Shown here: piece by piece, positions 29,042-37,696 of the stretch
Numbering within the stretch: position 1 is the first letter of the stretch
How the letters are laid out: the number at the start of each line of letters is the position of its first letter
Source of the DNA: an uncultured Bacilli bacterium
GTDB lineage: Bacteria > Bacillota_I > Bacilli_A > RF39 > UBA660
NCBI GenBank assembly: GCA_947589535.1
Contig: CANQAS010000003.1
Location: 1 to 49,647 of the forward strand
Length of the DNA stretch: 49,647 nt
Direction of reading: 5' to 3'
Notes under the pieces: generated by a model
Told to the model about the DNA's origin: nothing
The model's input: only the letters and a program-made list of their open reading frames with translations
Databases searched by the model: none
Program-made: the position numbers and the translations under genes

Positions 29042-29770
29042 GTGGTTAAAAAAGAAAACTTATACATAATTATTCCAGCTTACAATGAAAGTGAAAATAT
29101 ACAAAAAGTAATAAAACAATGGTATCCTATAGTAAAAAAATTAGGAAAGGAAAGTAGGCTAATTGTAATAGATGACGGAAGTAAAGATAATACTTATAAA
29201 ATAATAAAAAAATTAGCTGATAAAATGCCGCAATTGGTACCCATAACAAAACCAAATGGTGGTCATGGAGCGACGATTTTATATGGTTATAATTATGCAA
29301 TAAAACATAAAGCTAATTATGTTTTTCAAACAGATTCTGATGGTCAAACTAATCCAGATGAATTTTGGAAATTTTGGAAATTAAAAGATAATTATGAAAT
29401 GGTAATTGGTCATCGTAACGCAAGAAAAGATGGAATATCTAGAATATTTGTTACCAAAACCCTTAAACTAATTATTAAACTTATTTTTGGTGTTAACGTT
29501 ATTGATGCTAATACTCCTTTTAGATTAATGAAAGCAGATACACTAAAGGAAGTTTTAAAATATGTTCCAAAAGATTTTAATTTATCTAATGTAATAATAT
29601 CAGTTGTTTATGCAAAAAAAAATTTACCAGTTAAATATTTGCCAATATCTTTTGAAAAAAGGCAAGGTGGGGTTAATTCGATTAATATTAAAAAAATAAT
29701 TAAAATTGGTACTAATGCCATTAAAGATTTTAAAAAAATTAATAAAAGTATTGAAAATAAAGGTGAGTAA
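29042..29770 (+). CDS. GT2 polyprenyl-phosphate glycosyltransferase (DPM1/GtrB-like), soluble short form
   Basis: GTG start after aaggtga. YIIIPAYNESENI, IVIDDGSKDNT, QTDSDGQ, ANTPFRLMK. It lacks the C-terminal TM pair seen in long GtrB/CsbB proteins. Confidence 0.8.
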   Translation: MVKKENLYIIIPAYNESENIQKVIKQWYPIVKKLGKESRLIVIDDGSKDNTYKIIKKLADKMPQLVPITKPNGGHGATILYGYNYAIKHKANYVFQTDSDGQTNPDEFWKFWKLKDNYEMVIGHRNARKDGISRIFVTKTLKLIIKLIFGVNVIDANTPFRLMKADTLKEVLKYVPKDFNLSNVIISVVYAKKNLPVKYLPISFEKRQGGVNSINIKKIIKIGTNAIKDFKKINKSIENKGE

Positions 29771-29774
29771 TAAT

Positions 29775-31229
29775 ATGTTAAAATGGTTGATTAAAAATAA
29801 AGAAAAATTATTAATAATATTATTTATATTAGTTTTATCTTTTATAATATTAATGCAAAACCCATTAAACATATTTTCTAAAAGTTTTATTTCTGCAACA
29901 GATTCGAGTGTTTTTAGAACAGTAGCACATTATATGAGTAAGGGATTAATGCCATATAAAGATATTTTTGATCATAAAGGGCCACTTATTTATATAATCA
30001 ATTATTTTGGCATGTTAATATCATATAACAAAGGTATATGGTTTTTAGAATTAATATCTATGTTTATAACACTAATATTTATGTATAAAACTTCTAGACT
30101 TTATTGTAATAGTTTTTTCTCAATTCTTGTTTTATTATTAGTTTGTTCAGGATTTTTTATTTACTTTGATCAAGGTAATTTAACAGAGGAATATGCTTTA
30201 CCCTTTATAGCTTTGTCATTGTATATATTTTTAGATTATTTTAAAAACAAGAAAATAAGTAAGTTTAGATTAATATTGTGTGGAATATCATTTGGTAGTG
30301 TTTGTTTATTACGAGTTAATATGATTTCACTTTGGATTGTTTTTTGTTTACTAGTTGTTATTGATAGAATAAAAAATAAAAAAGTCAAAGATCTAATTAA
30401 CTATATTTTATACTTTACAATTGGGTTTTTAATTGTTTTGTTACCAATAGTTATATGGTTAGCATTAAATAATTCTCTAGATGATTTTTTTAAAGAATAT
30501 ATTATTTTTAATTTGAAATATTCAAGTGATCCTAATCGCTCTAGCTTATTAAATAGATTAAATTCACTAAATTGTTTTGTTAATAACCCATTATCTTTAA
30601 TGTCAATTTTTATATGCGTTTTCATTTGTTATAAAAATAAAACTTTAATTAATGTGGGATATTTATTCTGCCTTTTATTAACCTTTTTCTTAATGTCAAT
30701 TAGTGGACAAACTTATGCACATTATGGAATGATGTTATTACCTTTAATGATTTTTCCTTTTTCTATAATTTTAAATAATAAAAATGTAGATTATTTTATA
30801 CCTATGTTTATGTTATTTATGGTAATTGTATCTTTGCCAAGCTGGTTTAATGGAATAAAAGATATAATTAGTCGTAATAATTTAACGGTTCAAAAAGACG
30901 AATTGATAGAATACAAGATTGCTAATGATATTAGGTTAAATTCAAGTAGTACTGATAAAATAACTGTTTTTGGGAACATGGATATTATTTATATTTTGTC
31001 GGATAGATTATCCTCTTCAAAGTATACTTACCAAACTCCAATAATTTATATAGATAATAATATAGAAAATGAGTATTTTAAGGAAATAAGTATTAATAAA
31101 CCTAAAATAATTGTTAAGACAGCGGAGAATGAATTACTTAATTCATTCATAATTATTAATAATTATGAAAAAATATCTAGTTATAATGATGATAAAATAA
31201 TAGTATTTAAAAGAACTGTGAATAATTAA
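29775..31229 (+). CDS. GT-C fold integral membrane glycosyltransferase (ArnT/PMT_2-like)
   Basis: At least 10 predicted TM helices. The first-loop motif DSSVFRTVAHYMSKGLMPYKDIFDHKGPLIY resembles GT39/GT83-type enzymes. ATG at 29775 follows aggtga. Confidence 0.7.
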   Translation: MLKWLIKNKEKLLIILFILVLSFIILMQNPLNIFSKSFISATDSSVFRTVAHYMSKGLMPYKDIFDHKGPLIYIINYFGMLISYNKGIWFLELISMFITLIFMYKTSRLYCNSFFSILVLLLVCSGFFIYFDQGNLTEEYALPFIALSLYIFLDYFKNKKISKFRLILCGISFGSVCLLRVNMISLWIVFCLLVVIDRIKNKKVKDLINYILYFTIGFLIVLLPIVIWLALNNSLDDFFKEYIIFNLKYSSDPNRSSLLNRLNSLNCFVNNPLSLMSIFICVFICYKNKTLINVGYLFCLLLTFFLMSISGQTYAHYGMMLLPLMIFPFSIILNNKNVDYFIPMFMLFMVIVSLPSWFNGIKDIISRNNLTVQKDELIEYKIANDIRLNSSSTDKITVFGNMDIIYILSDRLSSSKYTYQTPIIYIDNNIENEYFKEISINKPKIIVKTAENELLNSFIIINNYEKISSYNDDKIIVFKRTVNN

Positions 31230-31259
31230 TAGAAAAAACATAAAATATGGTATTAATAT

Positions 31260-31278
31260 AAAAAAGAACATTTATTTT
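31260..31278. repeat. Left arm of a 19-bp perfect inverted repeat
   Basis: aaaaaagaacatttatttt. Its exact reverse complement is at 31496-31514. Confidence 0.85.
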
Positions 31279-31495
31279 TCGCGAAAAACTAAAAGTTATT
31301 AATAATGGAGATTAGAAGATTTTCAATTTTAGAGATATTATATTGATAATTGACTAATCTTTTTTTGATAGATAAGTTTTTGATATTGTCAACCAAGTTA
31401 ATTAAGTTGTAACAAAACTTTCTAATAATAGAAAAATTAGAAATAACATTATATTTCTTTTTTTTGTTGCTTTTTTTATGAGATTGGCTACCTTT

Positions 31496-31514
31496 AAAAT
31501 AAATGTTCTTTTTT
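31496..31514. repeat. Right arm of the 19-bp perfect inverted repeat
   Basis: aaaataaatgttctttttt. A 217-bp non-coding spacer separates it from the left arm. Confidence 0.85.
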
Positions 31515-31560
31515 TATTTTGTTATATATGTTATAATTATTTATGTAAAAATTATAGAGG
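31505..31560 (+). promoter_or_regulatory. Extended -10 promoter module (copy B) for the exporter sub-operon
   Basis: ttctttttttattttgttatatatgttataattattta, with TGtTATAAT at 31529-37. It is near-identical to 27633-27672 and is followed directly by RBS agaggtg and the ATG at 31567. Confidence 0.6.
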
Positions 31561-31566
31561 TGTTTA

Positions 31567-32379
31567 ATGATAAAAGTAAAAGCAATTTTAGGAAACTTTA
31601 AAAGATATTGGTTTTTAATGACTCAATTGATATCAAGAGATTTTAAAGTAAAATACAAAAGAAGCGTTTTAGGAATATTATGGAGTCTTTTAAATCCAAT
31701 ACTAACCATGGCGGTTATGGCTATTGTTTTTTCACAGATGTTTAGATTTAAAGTGGAGGGAGTAAACTACATTGTTTACTTAATGACTGGTATTATAATG
31801 TTTAATTATTTTAGTGCTGCATCTAATGCTGGTATGACTTCAGTTGTTGAGAATTTTACACTTATTAATAAAGTTTACATACCAAAATACATATTTCCTG
31901 TTGCTAAATGCTTATTTGTTGGAATAGACTTTTTATTAACTTTAATACCATGGTTAGCAATAATAGGTTTATCTTATTTTGGACTAGGACAATATACATG
32001 CCATTTTAATATTTATTTTTTAATATTGCCATATATATTTTTTTGTATGTTTTTATTTACTGTAGGAATGAGTCTTCTTCTTTCTTGCTTATCAGTGTTT
32101 TTAAGAGATGTATGGCATATTTATGGTATAGTTCTTACGTTGTGGAATTATTTAACCCCAGTATTTTATAGTATAGAAATATTACCGACTAAATTACAAA
32201 CTCTTATGCATTTTAATCCAATGTATCAGTTTTTAACAGCAGCAAGATCAATTGTTTTATATGCGCAAAGACCATCCTTTACAACATTGGGTATATTAGG
32301 TTTAATTGGAGTTGGTATGCTTGCTATAGGCTCACTTGTATTTAGAAAAAAACAAGATAAGTTTATATATTATATTTAG
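31567..32379 (+). CDS. ABC-2 type polysaccharide/teichoic-acid export permease (TagG/Wzm-like)
   Basis: RDFKVKYKRSVLGILWSLLNP signature and six TM helices. Confidence 0.87.
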   Translation: MIKVKAILGNFKRYWFLMTQLISRDFKVKYKRSVLGILWSLLNPILTMAVMAIVFSQMFRFKVEGVNYIVYLMTGIIMFNYFSAASNAGMTSVVENFTLINKVYIPKYIFPVAKCLFVGIDFLLTLIPWLAIIGLSYFGLGQYTCHFNIYFLILPYIFFCMFLFTVGMSLLLSCLSVFLRDVWHIYGIVLTLWNYLTPVFYSIEILPTKLQTLMHFNPMYQFLTAARSIVLYAQRPSFTTLGILGLIGVGMLAIGSLVFRKKQDKFIYYI

Positions 32380-32388
32380 GAGGTAGTT

Positions 32389-33123
32389 ATGATTAAGATA
32401 GATAATGTTTCGATGAAATTTAATCTTGGTATTGAAAAAGATTTTTCAATGAAACAGGCTTTTATTAACTTATTTACCAAAAAGAGTAAAAGAAAAAAAG
32501 ATGAATTTTGGGCTTTAAAAGATGTTAAATTGCATATAAAGCAGGGAGAAGTTGTTGGTTTAATTGGAAGTAATGGTGCAGGTAAATCAACTTTATTAAA
32601 AGTAGTAAGTGGAGTTATGAAACCGACTAAGGGTAAAGTAGAAGTTCATGGTGTTATATCTCCTATGATAGAGTTAGGGGCTGGTTTTGATGGGGATTTA
32701 ACCGCTAGAGAAAACATTTATCTTAATGGGGCTATACTTGGATATTCTAAAAAGTTTATTGATGAAAAGTTTGATGAAATTGTTGAATTTTCTGAGCTCA
32801 GGGATTTTTTAGAAGTTCCAGTTAAGAATTTCTCTTCGGGAATGACTGCAAAACTTGCTTTTTCTATAGCAACAATAGTTAATCCAGAAATATTAATAGT
32901 TGATGAGATTCTTTCGGTTGGAGATATTAAATTTCAAGAAAAAAGTAAACATAAGATGATGGAAATGATAAAAGGCGGAACAACTGTATTGTATGTTTCT
33001 CATTCGTTAGAATCAATAAAAGATTTATGCACAAAGGTCGTATGGTTAGAACATGGAAAAGTTATAAAAATAGGTGATACTAAAGAAGTATGTGACGAAT
33101 ATTATAAGGAACAAATGAAGTAG
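32389..33123 (+). CDS. Polysaccharide/teichoic-acid export ATP-binding protein (TagH/Wzt-like, no C-terminal extension)
   Basis: FWALKDV, Walker A GSNGAGKST, FSSGMTAKLAF, Walker B ILIVDEILSVGD. Confidence 0.9.
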   Translation: MIKIDNVSMKFNLGIEKDFSMKQAFINLFTKKSKRKKDEFWALKDVKLHIKQGEVVGLIGSNGAGKSTLLKVVSGVMKPTKGKVEVHGVISPMIELGAGFDGDLTARENIYLNGAILGYSKKFIDEKFDEIVEFSELRDFLEVPVKNFSSGMTAKLAFSIATIVNPEILIVDEILSVGDIKFQEKSKHKMMEMIKGGTTVLYVSHSLESIKDLCTKVVWLEHGKVIKIGDTKEVCDEYYKEQMK

Positions 33124-33131
33124 GAGGAACC

Positions 33132-35168
33132 ATGTTAGAAGAAGCACATAATAAAAATATAAAATATGTTTTTACTGATATTTTTGATACTATTGTATCA
33201 AGAAAAATACAACCTGAATATGTTAAAAAAATATGGTCTAATCAGATAATAAAAATGTTTAAACTTGATTGCAATGCGATTGATTTTTATACGGCTAGAC
33301 ATGAAATAGAGGCGGATTTAGGAAATAAAAATTTAGAATCTGGTTATGATTGTGAAATAACTTATGATTCTATCATTAAGGAATTATATAAAAATTTAAA
33401 AATAAAAATTCCGTATAAGAAATTTTTAAGTGGATGCATTGAATTAGAGGTTAATATAGAATCAGATGTTCTTATTGTAGATAAAAAGATATTAGAGAAA
33501 TTTAAAAAATTAAAAAAAGAAAAGAAAAAATTATATTGCGTTTCTGATATGTATTTATCTAAAAAAATGGTAGAAAGTATTTTTACAAACCTTGGTATAA
33601 TAGATTTATTTGATGATATTTTTTTATCTTGCGAAAATTTAAAAAATAAAAAAACCGGAAATTTATATGATATTGTTTTACAAAAAATAAAAGCAAAACC
33701 AGAACAATGTATAATGATTGGAGATAATTATTACTCTGATTATGAAGTTCCAACCCAAAAAGGTATTTTCTCTATTCATTTAAATAGAGAAAAAAATTAT
33801 AATTTTTATGAGCAGTATTTAAATGAACATTCTTCTAAAAATGTTTATAATACTGTATTAAAATTGTCAAAGACTATTAATGATGATTTTGAACATTCTA
33901 TTTTTTCTTTATATAATTTTATAGAAAAATTATACTATGAATTAATGTATAAGAATGTTGATGAAGTATTTTTTCTTTCAAGAGAAGGAGAATATTTAAA
34001 GAAACTTTTTGATTATTACTGTGATAATGTATATGGTAAAAAAATAGTATCACATTATCTATATGTTTCTAGGAAAGCAACTTATTTACCATCTCTTAAA
34101 AAGTTAGAAGAAGAAGATTTTTCTTCGTTATTAAATCAATATTCATACATCACTATAATGGAGTTTTTAAAAAGTTTAAATTTTGAAAAAGATGAAATAA
34201 GGACTATTATTAAATCTTATAAAGAGGACGTTAGTAATTTATTAGATAAATTCATAACAAGCAAGGATTATAAAAATTCAGTAAAACATATTATTACGGA
34301 TAATGTAGATGAGAAAATACCTAATTTTATTAAATCAGGTTCTTTAAAAGCTCTAAAAAATAATTCTGACTTTAAAAGAATATACGAAAAAAATAGATCT
34401 GAACAAAAAGAAAACTTTATTAAGTATATAAATGATAAAACTAGTAAAAAAGAAATTTATGTTGTAGATATAGGATGGAATGGATCAATTCAAAACAATA
34501 TTCAAAATATCTTAGGTGATTCATATAAAGTAGAAGGTTTCTACTTTGGTATGAACAGAAGAAATAAAAAAGAAAAAATTAAAAAATATGGTTTAATGTT
34601 TACAACTGAACCTAAAAATAAAGAATTTGATTTATATAATCAGAATAGATCTTTATATGAAATAATACTGGGAGCTTCGCATGGAAGTGCGAATAAATAT
34701 ATTAAGAAAAATAATCAAGTAGAAGTTTCTTTATTTTCACTTAAAGAGGAAAAGAAAATATTTGAAAATGTAATAAAACCATTGCAGGATAGAATGTTTG
34801 AAATATATAAAGATTTAGTTTTAAACTTAGCGAATGGTTATTATGATAACATAAAGATGTATAAGTTATTTAATAAAATTCAGTATAATATGTTATTTAA
34901 GCCAAATTCTAAACAATTAGAATTCTTTAACAAAATATATCATTATGAAAATTTTGGCGTTTTCGAATTTACAAAATTTGATATAAAAAATAAAATAAGC
35001 ATAAAAAGATATATAAAAGAACATTTGAAATTTGTATTAAGATATAGAAGTTTTTTTGATGATTCTTTTTGGCCGGTACTTAAATTAAAAAACTTACATT
35101 TATTTATACCATATATAATATATACGATTAGAAATAAAATGAAGTTAAAGAAAAAGGATGTGATATAA
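33132..35168 (+). CDS. HAD-superfamily hydrolase domain fused to a ~430-aa domain of unknown function
   Basis: HAD motif I FTDIFDT (DxDxT) at residues 15-21. Motif IV-like IGDNYYSDY is near residue 200. I recognise nothing in the remainder. Confidence 0.65.
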   Translation: MLEEAHNKNIKYVFTDIFDTIVSRKIQPEYVKKIWSNQIIKMFKLDCNAIDFYTARHEIEADLGNKNLESGYDCEITYDSIIKELYKNLKIKIPYKKFLSGCIELEVNIESDVLIVDKKILEKFKKLKKEKKKLYCVSDMYLSKKMVESIFTNLGIIDLFDDIFLSCENLKNKKTGNLYDIVLQKIKAKPEQCIMIGDNYYSDYEVPTQKGIFSIHLNREKNYNFYEQYLNEHSSKNVYNTVLKLSKTINDDFEHSIFSLYNFIEKLYYELMYKNVDEVFFLSREGEYLKKLFDYYCDNVYGKKIVSHYLYVSRKATYLPSLKKLEEEDFSSLLNQYSYITIMEFLKSLNFEKDEIRTIIKSYKEDVSNLLDKFITSKDYKNSVKHIITDNVDEKIPNFIKSGSLKALKNNSDFKRIYEKNRSEQKENFIKYINDKTSKKEIYVVDIGWNGSIQNNIQNILGDSYKVEGFYFGMNRRNKKEKIKKYGLMFTTEPKNKEFDLYNQNRSLYEIILGASHGSANKYIKKNNQVEVSLFSLKEEKKIFENVIKPLQDRMFEIYKDLVLNLANGYYDNIKMYKLFNKIQYNMLFKPNSKQLEFFNKIYHYENFGVFEFTKFDIKNKISIKRYIKEHLKFVLRYRSFFDDSFWPVLKLKNLHLFIPYIIYTIRNKMKLKKKDVI

Positions 35169-36325
35169 TGAAATGTATTTTTACACTTGGTTCACCTGCA
35201 ATAGGTGGCGGAACGATTGTTATTTTTGAGCATGCAACTAGAATGAAAGCTGCAGGCGAGGATGTATATATAGTAACTGAGAATAAAGTTTCAGAAGAAG
35301 AATATTCTTGGCATCCCTTAGCTCATACATTAAAATGGGTTACTTATGATGAAATAAAAGATGAAGAATTTGATATGGCTATAGCAACATGGTGGCGTAC
35401 TGTTTATGAACTATATAGAGTAAAGTCTAAAAGATATATTTATTTTGTTCAATCTATTGAATCAAAGTTTTATCCGGATGAAGAAAAAGGTTTAAAAATG
35501 CTTGCTGAAATGACATATATGCTTGATATGAGAGTTATTACTGAGGCAACTTGGATTAAAGAATATTTGGAAAAATATGGTATAGATGCATATTTAGTTC
35601 ATAATGGCATAAGAAAAGATATATTTACCCAAGAGGGTGAAACATATGAAAAATGTAATGGACTAAGAGTATTAGTAGAAGGGCCAGTTGATGTTGGATT
35701 TAAAAACGTACCAAAAACAATACAATTGGTAAAGCAAAGTAATGCTGATGAAATTTGGCTTTTAACTTCATCTGCTATAGATTCTTACGAAGGAGTGGAT
35801 AGAGTTTTTTCTAAAATACCACCATCAGAATGTGCTAAAATATATAGATCTTGTGATGTCATAGTAAAATTAAGCTATGTTGAAGGTATGTTTGGACCAC
35901 CTTTAGAAATGTTTCATTGCGGTGGAACTGCAATAGTTTATGATGTTACTGGGCATGATGAATATATCGTTCACAATAAAAATGGTCTAGTAGTAAAAAC
36001 AGACAATGAAGAACAAGTTGTTGAATATATAAACAAACTAAAAGATAAAAAAACTTTAAATAGATTAAAAAAGGGTGCCACTAAAACGGCATCTGAATGG
36101 ATTTCTTGGAAAGAATCTTCAGAAAAGTTTTATGATACAGTAAAAAAACTTAATAAAATGGATTCTATAAACCAAACGACATTGGAGAACAAATCAAAAT
36201 TTTTCTTTGATGTATATGTAAAATATGAAACAAAAACAATTTCTTTTAGAAAAAGAATAGGTGAATTTTTAAGAAATAAATTACCTTTTATATATAAAAT
36301 ATATATAAAAATTATAAGAAAGTAA
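35168..36325 (+). CDS. Glycosyltransferase, GT4-like (GT-B fold)
   Basis: C-terminal pattern VKLSYVEGMFGPPLEMFHCGGTAIVYDVTGHDEYIVHNKNGLVV (EX7E-like). Confidence 0.72.
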   Translation: MKCIFTLGSPAIGGGTIVIFEHATRMKAAGEDVYIVTENKVSEEEYSWHPLAHTLKWVTYDEIKDEEFDMAIATWWRTVYELYRVKSKRYIYFVQSIESKFYPDEEKGLKMLAEMTYMLDMRVITEATWIKEYLEKYGIDAYLVHNGIRKDIFTQEGETYEKCNGLRVLVEGPVDVGFKNVPKTIQLVKQSNADEIWLLTSSAIDSYEGVDRVFSKIPPSECAKIYRSCDVIVKLSYVEGMFGPPLEMFHCGGTAIVYDVTGHDEYIVHNKNGLVVKTDNEEQVVEYINKLKDKKTLNRLKKGATKTASEWISWKESSEKFYDTVKKLNKMDSINQTTLENKSKFFFDVYVKYETKTISFRKRIGEFLRNKLPFIYKIYIKIIRK

Positions 36326-36427
36326 GTATTTATTTTAATAATTATCAAAATAAACAATACCCTATATTAAGCTTTATTTTAGCATTAAGCCAATGATAAT
36401 CATGAGAAAGAAAAAAACTTTATGGGT

Positions 36428-36436
36428 TGGTATAAT
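36428..36436 (+). promoter_or_regulatory. Candidate internal extended -10 promoter
   Basis: TGgTATAAT inside the 337-bp gap. It would give a leader of roughly 220 nt before the ATG at 36663. Confidence 0.35.
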
Positions 36437-36662
36437 GATATTATTAACATAGTAATAAATAAGGAGTAGTGAAAATGTATAAAAGGAAAAAGTATTAACA
36501 AAATAATCTTGTTATAAAAAGGTGCAAGCGAAAGAGTATTGAATAGCGTTTGAAATAACTAAGAAAATATAATAAATGATGTAGAATTAAAGTAAGATAA
36601 AGAATCATTAGATAAAAAAACTAGTAATAAATTATATAAAAGGTTAAAAAGTGAGGATATAT

Positions 36663-37691
36663 ATGTCAAAACCAAAAATAGCGTTAATTGTGGATACTGA
36701 TAATTGGGCATTTTATAATAGATCAGTATTTTTAAAAGAAAGACTAAGTGATTATTTTGAATTTGAAATAATACCTGCAACAACAGCATTACAAGAAAAT
36801 GTATTACAAGTTGTTTTACTTGTACAAGGGTATGATTTAGTGCATTTCTTTTGGAGAGGGTTGTTATTTTCATTATCTAATGAAAATGTAGTATTTAAAA
36901 GAAATGACATAGATGTTGATGATTTTATAAATAAAAAATTTACTAAAATAATAAAAACGACTTGTGTCCCAGACCACAGCTTATTAGATGAACAAAACAT
37001 AGAAAATAGTAAAAGAATTTTAAATATGGTAGATGATTATTATGTGATGTCAAATAAATTATATGATATTTATAATAAACTAGACTGTAAGAAACCATAT
37101 GGAGTAATAAGAGGTGGAGCGAATACTAAATTATTTAAACCGGAAAATCTAGAAAGATTTGAAAATATTGGGAATAGAAAAATAATTATAGGATGGAGTG
37201 GAAATAGTAAATGGGGAAATTGGGATGAAAAAGGTGAAGACATAAAAGGCGTTGAAACAATTTTAATCCCAGCAATTGAACAATTAAAAAAAGAAGGATT
37301 TGACGTTGAATTAAAACTAGCGGATAAAAGTGTAAAATTCACACCAATTGAAGAAATGAAAGGATTTTATAATAGTATAGATATATATGTTCAACCATCA
37401 AAACAAGAAGGTGGACCAAATACTATTTTAGAAGCAATGTGTTGTGGGGTACCGATTGTTTCTACAGATGTTGGATTTGTGCGAGAAGTTTTAGGACCAA
37501 AACAATCAAATTATATTGTAAAAGAAAGGAATGTTAAAAACATAAAAAATAAAATAAAAGAATTAATAAATAATAAAGAAAAATTCAAAGAATTATCAGA
37601 AGAAAATCTTAAAGAAATCGTAAAACAAGATTATGATGTAATTGCAAATGAATTTAAAAAGTTTTTTGAAAAAAATTTAAAAAAGAGGTAA
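36663..37691 (+). CDS. Glycosyltransferase, GT4-like (GT-B fold)
   Basis: ATG at 36663 is 6 nt after gtgagg. IIGWSGN..., SKQEGGPNTILEAMCCGVPIVSTDVG. Confidence 0.75.
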   Translation: MSKPKIALIVDTDNWAFYNRSVFLKERLSDYFEFEIIPATTALQENVLQVVLLVQGYDLVHFFWRGLLFSLSNENVVFKRNDIDVDDFINKKFTKIIKTTCVPDHSLLDEQNIENSKRILNMVDDYYVMSNKLYDIYNKLDCKKPYGVIRGGANTKLFKPENLERFENIGNRKIIIGWSGNSKWGNWDEKGEDIKGVETILIPAIEQLKKEGFDVELKLADKSVKFTPIEEMKGFYNSIDIYVQPSKQEGGPNTILEAMCCGVPIVSTDVGFVREVLGPKQSNYIVKERNVKNIKNKIKELINNKEKFKELSEENLKEIVKQDYDVIANEFKKFFEKNLKKR

Positions 37692-37696
37692 TATAG

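Noticed and set aside
29706-29774. The upstream extension of the GT-C ORF overlaps the GT2 gene by 65 nt, which could suggest a frameshift fusion.
   Set aside because: The extension is K/L/I-rich chance sequence. A good RBS (aggtga) and the ATG at 29775 sit right after the GT2 stop, so two separate genes is the simpler reading.
31276-31287. The 12-bp palindrome ttttcgcgaaaa next to the left inverted-repeat arm, considered as a stand-alone operator.
   Set aside because: It is too short and occurs only once in the window, so it cannot be interpreted alone. It is noted only as part of the IR-flanked segment finding.
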